From an uncultured virus (IMG/VR IMGVR_UViG_3300035034_001389) (Duplodnaviria > Heunggongvirae > Uroviricota > Caudoviricetes), in the IMG/VR virus record IMGVR_UViG_3300035034_001389: a stretch of 64,000 nucleotides of DNA; one strand, written 5' to 3'. A program made the position numbers and the translations under genes. Each line of letters begins with the position of its first letter. The first letter of the stretch is position 1. Shown piece after piece: positions 8,068-20,000 of this stretch. A model generated the notes under the pieces. That model made no database searches. It saw only the letters and a list, made by a program, of their open reading frames with translations, and was not told the origin of the DNA.

Positions 8068-11028
8068 ATGAGTAGAATAGTAAACAAGGCAGAAAATTGG
8101 GAAAGAGCATATGAGGCTTTTCAACAAGTCAATTTTGCTGCATGGGATTACACATCAGTTAAAGAGTCATTACTTGATTATCTTAAACTATATTACCCTG
8201 AAGAATTTAATGATTTTATTGAATCTAGTGAACTTATTGCACTATTAGAATTATTTGCATATATTGCAGAGCAATCTGCATACCGTTTTGATCTTAATGC
8301 TCATGAAAATTTCATAACGACTGCTGAACGTAAAGAGTCAGTGTTACGTCTTGCAAAACTTTTATCTTATAGTGCAAATCGTAATATACCAGCACGTGGT
8401 ATAGTTAAATTAACATCAGTAAGTACTACTGAACGTGTTTTTGATTCTAATGGAAATGATCTATCAAATGTAACTATTAGATGGAATGATGCTAACAATG
8501 CAAATTGGAAAGAGCAATTTATAATAGTTATGAATAAAGTTCTAGACCAGCGTTTTGGAACAGTATCACCAACTGATAGAACACAAGTACAGGATATATT
8601 ATTCGAAAGATATAAATTAATCAATAACCCACTTGCAACTAATACACTACCATATACCATAACAGTATCCAATGAAAGCTTCCCAATGGAAATAGTAAGC
8701 TCCGACTTAAATGAATTTGGTCCAATAGAAACTAGACCTGAACGTGATTTAAACATGGGCATATTGTATCTGAATGATGGTTTAGGTGACTCATCGGAGA
8801 ATACTGGATTCTTCGCATTTACTAAACAGGGTACGTTACAACGAACAGTGCAGACATTTGATGGTGTAACACCCAATCAAACATTTGATGTTGAAATTTT
8901 TAACAGTAATGAAACTGATGTATTCCTGAATAACATTGATGCTTCTACTGGTGAAATAATCCAGAATATAACTGGGATTGATACTGTAGAGCGTGAGGGT
9001 GAGTGGAACAAAGTCGATACTGTAATAGGACAAAATGTCGTATTTAATAATCAAACAAACCGAAATAAATATGAAATAGAAACACTTGACGATGATCAAT
9101 TCAGAATTATTTTTGGTGATGGTAATTTTTCAAACATACCTTCAGGTACTTTTGAAATATGGTCACGTGTTTCTGCAAACACAGACCTAACAATACCAAG
9201 GACTGCAATACAAAACATATCATCATCATTCACATATCAAGATTCTATAAACAAAGAACAAACTTTAAGTTTCTCTTTCTCACTATTGTCACCTATACAA
9301 AATGCTGCACCATCTGAGGATATAGATCACATACGCAGAACTGCACCAGCAGTCTATTTTACACAGGATCGAATGGTTAATAATCGGGATTATAATGAAT
9401 TTCTATTACAGGATAATAGTATTCTAAAATTAAGAGCCATAAATCGAACATTTGCAGGTGATTCTAAATATATAACATGGCATGATCCAAGTGAATCATA
9501 TGAAGATGTGAAAATATTTGGTGATGATGGTGTAATATATTTTGAAACTAATGATGGTGATAATGAAATATGTAACACAATATTATCATCCAATCTACCG
9601 GACCCAAATTCACCAACACATGACTTACTTACGACAGCATTGATTGATAATCATATCGAACCATTATTGAGCAACATAGCATTCTTTACTAGATTTGTAT
9701 TGGAAGGTGTAGTGCCATCTGATATACGTAATAATTTTACTGACGCTGAAAAAACCACAATTAAAACCACACTAGCATTAGCAGAAGAAAACCGAGCAGC
9801 TACTAAATATTTTGATTTTGATCCTATTTCAGAAACTTGGTCTGAAGATGTGGGTGGTACTGACTATTGGTTTAGTGTAACCGCATTAGATGGTGTAAAT
9901 TGGGAACTATGTTATGAATCACAACGACTAATATTTAATAGTCAGGAAACTAAATTTTGGAACACCAATAAGGGCAATGCTGTTGTAACTAGTGATACAT
10001 TAAACACTAATTTGGATACAGTGGTAATACTTAAAGCTAATATAGGTACACCTAATTCCACACCTGCAATATTAAGTGGTAATAAGAACTTTGACGTACT
10101 TGATCAAGTTATTATCCCTGATGGTACAGAATCTGGACTTCCAAGTATTCATGATCTTTATATATTACCAGATGATGTAAATGGTGATGGATTGCCTGAT
10201 GGAATTGAATTAGCTGACCTTATAAAAAGGGATGATGTGGATGTAGACCCAGCAACAACGGAAAATGATTATGTATATTTCAGTAGAGAAACTGTAAATT
10301 CAGCATGGATATTTCAGAAGAGTGATCAGGAATTAGATGTTACTGGAGCATGGGAAGATGATCAGACCGCAAACCCATCACCCACAAATCAATTATGGAA
10401 GCGTGAATTTGGATTAGAAGGTGTGAATTTTGCTTGGTTTCATAGGACACCTAGATATCACTTAGTAGACCCAGCACCATCTAATATAATAGATATGTTT
10501 ATTATTACTAGGGGATATGCCCGTAATGTGAGACAATGGCTGAATGGTCAACTTGAAAATGAACCTCAAGCTCCAACACCATTCCAACTACGATCTGATT
10601 ATCAAAAATTATTAGATAATAAGATGATTTCGGATACAGTTATCTTGCATTCTGGTTCAATAAAGCCTATAATAGGGGAGAAAGCTGATCCTGAATTAAG
10701 AGCAACTATTAAGATTGTAAGATCACAGGATAGAAGCCTTAGTGATAATCAGATAAAATCATCAATAGTTGACAGTGTAAGAGAATTTTTTGAAATAACA
10801 AGATGGGAATTTGGTGAAACTTTTTATTTTTCAGAACTTTCATCATTTATTCATACTAGTTTACCATCAGCATTGGATTCAGTTGTACTGGTACCTCAAC
10901 TTAGTACCAATGAATTTGGTGATTTATATCAGGTATTTTCAAGAGAAGATGAGATTCTACAGGTTGATATATCTGTGAATCAAATTGAAATTGTAGCATC
11001 GTTAGACTCTAGAACATTGCGTCAGTAA
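8068..11028 (+). CDS. gp6-like baseplate wedge protein
   Basis: FNDFIESSE, ENFITTAERKESVLRLAKLLSY, IIFGDG, APxxxFTQDRMVNNRDY. Confidence 0.85.
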   Translation: MSRIVNKAENWERAYEAFQQVNFAAWDYTSVKESLLDYLKLYYPEEFNDFIESSELIALLELFAYIAEQSAYRFDLNAHENFITTAERKESVLRLAKLLSYSANRNIPARGIVKLTSVSTTERVFDSNGNDLSNVTIRWNDANNANWKEQFIIVMNKVLDQRFGTVSPTDRTQVQDILFERYKLINNPLATNTLPYTITVSNESFPMEIVSSDLNEFGPIETRPERDLNMGILYLNDGLGDSSENTGFFAFTKQGTLQRTVQTFDGVTPNQTFDVEIFNSNETDVFLNNIDASTGEIIQNITGIDTVEREGEWNKVDTVIGQNVVFNNQTNRNKYEIETLDDDQFRIIFGDGNFSNIPSGTFEIWSRVSANTDLTIPRTAIQNISSSFTYQDSINKEQTLSFSFSLLSPIQNAAPSEDIDHIRRTAPAVYFTQDRMVNNRDYNEFLLQDNSILKLRAINRTFAGDSKYITWHDPSESYEDVKIFGDDGVIYFETNDGDNEICNTILSSNLPDPNSPTHDLLTTALIDNHIEPLLSNIAFFTRFVLEGVVPSDIRNNFTDAEKTTIKTTLALAEENRAATKYFDFDPISETWSEDVGGTDYWFSVTALDGVNWELCYESQRLIFNSQETKFWNTNKGNAVVTSDTLNTNLDTVVILKANIGTPNSTPAILSGNKNFDVLDQVIIPDGTESGLPSIHDLYILPDDVNGDGLPDGIELADLIKRDDVDVDPATTENDYVYFSRETVNSAWIFQKSDQELDVTGAWEDDQTANPSPTNQLWKREFGLEGVNFAWFHRTPRYHLVDPAPSNIIDMFIITRGYARNVRQWLNGQLENEPQAPTPFQLRSDYQKLLDNKMISDTVILHSGSIKPIIGEKADPELRATIKIVRSQDRSLSDNQIKSSIVDSVREFFEITRWEFGETFYFSELSSFIHTSLPSALDSVVLVPQLSTNEFGDLYQVFSREDEILQVDISVNQIEIVASLDSRTLRQ

Positions 11029-11099
11029 TATACTGAATTTCTAACACTTACATATTCAATAAATAATGTTATTGGACTATATAATAGTTAGGGAAAAAT

Positions 11100-14000
11100 G
11101 TGAAAGATAATAAAACAGATTATAATAAACCTCGAACAGATTTAAATAAACTTCTCCCTGAAGTGAATCTTGATGGTGCCGAAATATTAAAGGGCTTTAA
11201 TGATAACATCTTTGGTAGATTCTTTACCAAAGATGAGATTGATCGCATTGTAGGGTACATTGGTACTGATCCCCAGAATACAAGTGATAAAAATCAGATA
11301 ATTGAACCTTCAGAATATAGACAGGCTAACCAACTACAACCTATAATTTATAGTAAAGTTGGTGATATTGATTGGTTTATGTCGTTTCGTGATTTTATGA
11401 CCAGACTAGAACGTCTGGGTGTAAATATTGATCGATTCAATGAATGGGGTGCAAGCCTACAGTTCAACTGGGTTCCACCTATTGATATTGATAAGCTAAT
11501 TAATTATGGTGATTATTTTTGGGATTCGGATTCATTTAATGATCCACCACAATATGTTACAATAAAAAATCAAGAAAATTGGGTAAATAGTAGATTACAG
11601 CAATCATATAGAAGTATTGCAAATGGACTCCCAACATATATAATTGATTCATATGATACCGGTGCAGACTCCATTACAGTATTATCGGATGTAAGTTCAC
11701 AAATTACATCAGGTATACCAGTAATATTATCGGGAAATTCACAAGATGCAGTATTCTTCACACCCACATCTGTAGTATATGATGGTGGTGGGAATGAAAC
11801 TGTAATAACATTTGATAATGCAGAATATGATATAACTACAGGTGTTAATGATGTATATACCAATATCAATGCTACTCAGTTTATAATAACTGGAACTGAA
11901 ACAGGAACAAGATCGATATTTGTAGGTGATAATTTAACATCATTATTCACTAAATCATATATATTTAGTTCAGAGGATAGTCCTAATCAACCAACAACTT
12001 TATGGAAAGTTGAATCATCTGAATATAATAATCTTACAAATGAAACAAAAATAACAGTAACTGAAGATATATCAGGGTTTGATTGGTTAAAAGTATCAGT
12101 CAAGCCAATCCTACGATCTTTACAGTCTGAAGTACAGGCCATATCATCAGCACCATTAACATCAGCCCCATATGGTGCATTAACTGAGAGTGAAATGGGT
12201 GATATTATTTGGACTAGAAATACTTTACTATACACTGGAACAACAGGTGGTGGAGAAGGAACAGAACTAGGTTCCGAGGTTCTAACTGATACGGCAAGTG
12301 GTGTTGACTTTTTAGATGGTACATATTTAGTCGGAGATACTATTAGAATATCAGGTACATCGTTTGATGGTGATTATATTATAGAGAATTTGATTACATC
12401 AACTCAAGTTGGACTTAGTACTAAATTTTTTACAGATGTTGCAATAGAATATGAAATTGTAAGGAAAACATCTATAACCGAATTAGAGTCCGATATTGCA
12501 CCACTTTTACCTACTACAAATCAAGTGTGGTTCGATACTCCCAATGACCAATTACGTCAATGGGATGGTGCTGATTGGAACGTAATATATGACAATTATA
12601 GCTATTTGGTTGATTTAACAAACTCATCACATTTGATTAATTTATCACAGAATAATCCTTGGACAACTTCAAATAAGTGGATTCATAGAAGTAACATCAA
12701 TAATTTTACAGGTAAGTCTCGTGCCCAGAATCCAATTATAGAGTTTTTCCCGTATATTGAATTATCTGAATTTTCATATTCTGAAAAAGTTTGGAACTAT
12801 AGACGAACTGAAGATATAACATATACTGAATCATCAATATCACCAACACTTTTCGAATTAGTTGATACAACAAAAACAACTTCTGGTATAGAGGTATTAT
12901 TTATAGATGATAATACTATAATATTTGGTCCAGAATTTGGTAACATGACCGAAGGATTAAAATCGGGAACTGAGATTAAATTAGTTGGATTTAATTCAAA
13001 CAATGGTGAATATATTGTAGACTCTTCGGAGTTTGTACAATTTGTACCAAACTCAAGATACCAAACAAAAATAACATTACGATCTGACGTTGTGGACCCA
13101 CTAGATGTTCCAGATGGAGCATATGTCGCACCTAAATTTACATCTACTGGTGATTTATGGATTGACCATAATACAAATCATTGGCAGTTTAATAGAATAG
13201 AAAATATTTCCGCATCTAGTTTGCAACCGGAACGTAATCCAATGTTGGATTTTTATGTAACTGACTATAATGATGGATCATACGAATCACAAATTGGGTT
13301 ATATTTCCAAGAATATAAACTATTAACTGGTGAAGCTACTCAAACTGGTGGGGTAATATTTACACTAAACTCATCATTACATGATTTAGCACTTATAGAA
13401 GATTATCAAGAAGGTGATGTGAGGGTTTATATTAATGGTGTCAGACAGTATGGTAATTACACTGACATTAGATCAGCATCGAATTTGAATTATGTTGGTG
13501 GTATAAAATTCAGCTCAAATGTTTCTATAACTGATAATGATATTGTAAGAATTGAAGTAGGTGAGTATGCACTTGAAGATGTTGGGCGTGGTAGTATTTC
13601 AATACCCACAACTACTGGTATAGAATTATTCAATTTAACAAATAATTTTAGGTTAGAACAAGATAAAACTGAAAGAACACAATATCCTTGGTTTTCAATA
13701 TATGATGTTAATGGTAATAGACTGCAAATCGCATCTAATGTTTTTAAATATAAAGATGTGAGCACGGGCACATATTTCCCAGAACTTGATCAACGAATAG
13801 ATTTTAATCCAGTCAGTCAAGATTACATTTTTGATCAAAAGCTATTAGAGCCATCAACAGGTGAACTATACCTATACTTTGATGGTGGTGAATATCAAGA
13901 TGAGCTACAGTCAATATGGAAACGTGGAATTAATAATGAGCAATATGTACCAGTTGAAAAAAATGGATTCTGGGAAATACCAAATCAGTGGTATTTTAAT

Positions 14001-17000
14001 ATTAAACATGAGAATCGTGAATCTGTATCATTAACCGAAACATTCCAACATTTCTCATCAATTACTAACAGTCAAACTGTACCGGGTATTGATGGTACTA
14101 TTTTTAATAATTCATATTTCCTTGATGGTTCACCCAATTATGGTTTGGGTGGGAGAATCAAAGAGCATAATAATGGCTTTGATATCCTAGCATCATCAAT
14201 GTTTATTAATAATGTCAATCCGCTAGACTTGATTGACTTTGCACGAAGTCAATATAATTCAGCCCAGAACAACATACTTAGTATAATTGAAGATAGATTC
14301 GTAGAATTACTTACAGCTCCACTTGATAGCAATGATCTTGGTATTGTAAATGTTTCACAGTTGACTGACTTTATAAGTTATACTACCAAAGATGATTATG
14401 ATAAAAATGATAGGTTGGATCAATGGTTCGGTGATAGTTCAACTTTTAATCCAGTAACTAATGTTGGTGTAAAAAATTGGATTGCAACTGCACCATTCTT
14501 TGGATTACAAAGTAAAACATTCCCATATATCACAAATGATAACAACGGATTTATACAATTAGTTCACCATGATGGACACCGAAAAATAATAAGTGTAACA
14601 CCAGCAATTAAGTCGATATTATTTCAGGAACTACTTAAGAATAACCCTGATTCAACTGACGTTCAGACCGTTACATCTGAATCAGACCCATTCCCGGTTA
14701 CAATAAAGCTATCACCAGTTGAAAGTGGGGATTACATAATAAGAACAAATTCAACATTGAAGACTAGAAATCTTTATAGATATTCAAATATTGATACATG
14801 GGAATTGGTAGACTTAAATTTAATTTATGCAAAATCACTACTAAACATTGAATTATCATTATATAATGTACTATCTGATGAATTACTATCTGAGAATTTC
14901 ACATCAGTATTTGATTTTCGTCAAACGCGAAGTGATATAGAATATAGAACAAAATCACAAGAACGTTTTTCAAATTATATATCTGAAAATAATATTCAAG
15001 CACCATTTTTGAATAATGGATATGTGCAAAATAATCCATTCACATGGAACTACGCATACACCCCAATCCCAACCGATCCAAGAAATGGTGAACTTAATCC
15101 GAATGTTTTTGCATCATGGCAGGCATTATATGAAACAATATATAGGACACCATACCCACATTTGGAACCTTGGAAGTTGCAACAATTCAATGATAAGCCA
15201 GATTGGTGGGACAATGAATATCTAAGTGGTACAACCACTCGCATATGGAAATCCACTATGTGGAGTAATATAATAGACGGTAAAATACCAGTTGGTGAAA
15301 TTGATCCGTATGGGAATATTGGAACTGGATTGTCTAACCAAATAGCTGATCGCTTCACATACATCCCGGTAAACTCAAGCAACACTCCAACATTAGATGG
15401 TTATGGGCCAGATGAAATACTTCCACCATATTGGAATAGTAATAATTCACCAATAAATTCGGTAAGAAGTTTATATGATTCTGCACTGCAAGAATTTATT
15501 ACAACACCAAGTGCGGATTACCAATTTGGTCAATTGTCACCAACTGAGTGGGAATGGAAGTCATCAATTTATAACATATATGATGAATTTAATATTGCAT
15601 TTAAATTATCACCATTAAAATTCACAAACCAAACATTTGGGCTTGAGCTTATTGATGTTGCATGTTTACAAGTAGATTCTAGAGTTAATAAAGTTTCAAG
15701 ACACGATGAAACTATACTACATGGTGATTTGGGATCAGATAGTACAATTAATAGAGTTAATGGATTTAATCAATGGTATATTCATTTCAATAGATATAAT
15801 GGATTTGATGGTGCTTCTTCTGAATTTAGGGAAATGTGGTCTGGATGGACAAACCCACTAACATATCAATTTGGTGCATTTATTGATACCGAAACATTTG
15901 ATGTTGATTCTGAATTCTTTGATGTTGTAAATCGTGACTATGACGTATTATTCAAAAAGAGTTCAGGTATCAGGGATATTTGGCTGGATAGTCTAACGGC
16001 AACTATTACCTCATCACCTTCAAAATTTGCAACTGAGTTTGATTCAAGTAATGATTGGACTGTGGAATTTAACTCAACATCACCTATATCTAGACCAATT
16101 GAATACTTTGGGACACAGAGTTATCCAGTTAGAGTAACTGCGGGTGATGATACAATAAAGGTATTTAGTTTTAGAATATCATCGGCTGAGGTTAATGAAA
16201 GCTTTGGATTTGACACTATACAATACGCAGAGACTGCATCAAGTTCCACACCAACAACACTATTAAATGATAACACTGCATACTCCGCGAGTGTATTTTT
16301 TGACAATACAACTGTAGTTAATTTGTCAATTATTGGTAAAAATGCCCAGACATTCGGGGAACTAGTTAGCGTTATAGACACACAATTAGGTTCTAATGGT
16401 TCAGCATTCCTAGAAGATGGAAATCTAGTTATAAGCAGTGACACTCTTGGTGGTAATACTAAGGCTGTAGTTACTGATCTTGGATTATTCATAACTGCTA
16501 GTCCTAATTTTTTAGGTACAACTGGTAATAAATTTAATCTTGTATCATTTGATAAGGTATTCTATATTGATGGTGATCTATCAAAATACTTCCCTGATGG
16601 ATCGTTGTTTACAGTTTCAGATTCTACAAACTTCAACGGTACATATACGGTATCATCAGCATTTTATAATGTATCAACAAAGGAAACTAGAATTGAGATT
16701 AGAGAAACCGTTGAAATAACAGAATCAACAGTAGATGGATTCATAGAACCATCCACTGGTGTTGATCTTCCTGAAGAATGGATAACTGGCACCGGGGTAA
16801 ATTGGGTTGATGGTGGTTCACTACCTGCTGAATTCAATGATATAAATTTATATTACATAATTAGAGTTGATGATAGAAGTTTCAAACTGTCACCAACTAG
16901 GGAGTCAGCTATAGCGGGTATTAACTTTATAACACCTACAACTACTGGCAGTACGCAAAACTATATAGGCAGAATTAAGAATACATTTACTGCATTCTCT

Positions 17001-20000
17001 GGAAGAAATGTACAAGCGTACTGGAAACAACACTATGTTGATAACAGATCAACATTTACAAACCCAGCACCAATATCAATATCAGGTATTCAAAATATTA
17101 TTGATTTTATAAACGGATATTCTGTTTACTTAGAATCTATAGGCTTTGTATACGAAGATGAAGATGGTACCAATAGGGATTCCAGTACTGGTAGAACATT
17201 GGATTGGTTATTTGAAACTGAAAAGTTGATTGAATTCATTTATGCGTCAAGAAAAAACCAGCAATCAACACGCGAAGAATATCCCGTAACATTAAACAGT
17301 GGATCAAATGTTTTTACTTCTGACAGAGCTATAACATTGTCAACTGGGACAAAAGTTAACTTAATAGTTAATAATAATGGAACACTCCCAATTGAATTTG
17401 ATAATCCTATATCAGACTCTATAGTATATTATATAATACAAACTGCAACACCGGGAGTCTACCAATTAGCTGGTTCGAGTGTACAAGCTAAAAATGGTAA
17501 TGCATTACCATTCAGTGATAACGGAAGTGGTGAAATAAAACTAGTAGAATATATTGATACTGATAGGCTACCAAGTCTACCATTAAATCCACATAAAAAT
17601 CAAATATCTATTGATCATGCAACTGGTATTATATCCAACATGGTTGCTGGTACGGACTTAGATTTGATAACTGATCAGAGAATTTATACGGCAGAAAATA
17701 AAACACTTACCGTAAATGATATATTAGTTTTTCGTAATGATCTTAAGACTACTATAGGTTTAACACCAACTACAAAAGACTCAAATTCAAGCAATAGTTC
17801 GAATGTTTCTGAAATTTCAGGTATGCATGTATTCTTTGATGGGTATGAACATGTAATACAGTTCAAAAATTCAAGCTCAAATGATGTACTTATATATGAT
17901 CAATTTTTAGGTATAAACACTCTTAGATTTTCATTGGAATTGGATAGGCAAGTAGGGTTTACATTACGACCTAATGTGGGTGGTAATGTAATTCTTGATA
18001 GGAGTCAAAATCAAAATATAGAATCAGCAATAGAGTCTATTCGATTTGCATACAGTACATATCGATCTAGAGAAGGCGATTATATAACAGATAAAGTTAG
18101 GGATTCACTTGGATATGATGGACCATTTGATTATGCTGATGATATTGGCATTACAGATAAAACTCAGTTTATATTTTATCGTGGATTAATACAGACCAAA
18201 GGCACCAATTTTGCAGCAAATGCGTTTGCAAATCAAAGTCAATATGAGGGTCTTGATGTTGATGAATTCTGGGCATATAGATTAGATTGTTTTGGTGATT
18301 CAAAAGAGAAAAAATACCCAGAATTTAGACTTAAATCTAATGAAGTATCCAGAAAGGATTTGCGTTTAGAATTTGTCGAATCTTTGGGAACACCAAGTGA
18401 TAACACATTTATTGGTATTGATATAACTGATGATACTCGATGGTTCGAACAACCAGATCAAGTCGAAAAATTATTACCACGTGATAGACTTTATACTACA
18501 GTAACAGTAGTTGAAAAAATCGAAGATGTTGTTAATTCACCACAGTATTTCACAATCGCCAACATAACACCTGAAGATGATAAGTACGTTGAATTGTCAT
18601 CTCCAGCAGATTTCGCAATTATAACATATCTGGCAGCATCTGGTACTAATTTTGACCAACGTGCGGAGTTTACCGAAGGTGTTGAATTTGAATTTGTAAC
18701 TAACACTCTTATTAAATTCATAGGTGAAAAGAACCCGGATACCTTTACGGACATTACTATATACACGCTCACATATAACTATGATGCTCAGAACCCAGCG
18801 AATATAATTAATCGAAAAACTAACACTGTAGTTACGGAAGTTCCATTTTGGAATCCATCAAGGGGTCAATATTACAGTGGTGCAATATATGGTGTCAATT
18901 TTCAAAAATCTACAGACCCCGCAATATATACCGAATGGGTAGAATCTGTACCAAGCACATATACATATACATGGAATTCTAATTTCAAAAATAATATTTG
19001 GTTTGATACTAATTTAGAATACTATCTACCATATGATGACTCCAATATAACAACCAACATTGATAGTAGGATAAACAACTGGGGGAAATTGTCAAACTTT
19101 GGTGAAGTTAGGGTTTATCAGTGGACGGAAAGTGATGTATTGCCATCAGAATATGATGATCAATCAATACAAAATAATAATGATAATTCATTATTAATAG
19201 ATGAGCGAAAAACTGGTATAAGTAGAAAGGTTGTGTATAGAAATGATGGTACCAGTGTATCACCAATATGGGTTGAAGAAAGGGATGAAGTTTTTGAATT
19301 CATTGCTGAAATAGTAGAGACTTCTGGTGATAATTCATTAACAGGAAAGGGTGCACCATTAACCGCAGTCTACGTATATGTTGATGGTGTTGGAAGTAAC
19401 ACTGATACATTTACATTCAATGACACAACATTTAAAGATTTAGCTGACTACGTATCCGGTGATACTGGAATATCACCGATTTCCCCTGCACCCAATCAAG
19501 GTAAAACTATACAGGTTGTCAGTAGAGCAACACTACCAACTCCCCAACAATTAACAGATGTGGATTATAAAATAGATACCCCATTTACGGCGGTAAACAG
19601 AATCGACCCAATCACCGGAAGGTCAATACCTAAATATTATTTCTGGGTAGAGGATACACTTAATCCACTGCCTATAACAGGAGGCTCTACATCAAAGACA
19701 ACTGCTAAAAATATTAAAGATGGTTTGGTAAATATACCAACACCATATATGATCCCTAATAATATAGTTGACATTACTACAACATCATTTTCTAAATTAT
19801 TTACCACAAATAAACCAACAAAAGAGAATACGGTATCATATGAATATCCATTAGTATACAATCAATTAATAATAAAAAGTATTGGTAATAATGTACCAAA
19901 TGAAGATTTTTATACGTTACGATTCACAAAGGATTATACCTTACGGGATAGACTTTTGGATACTGAAGACGACGTATCTGATTTAGAAAGGAAAAATCTT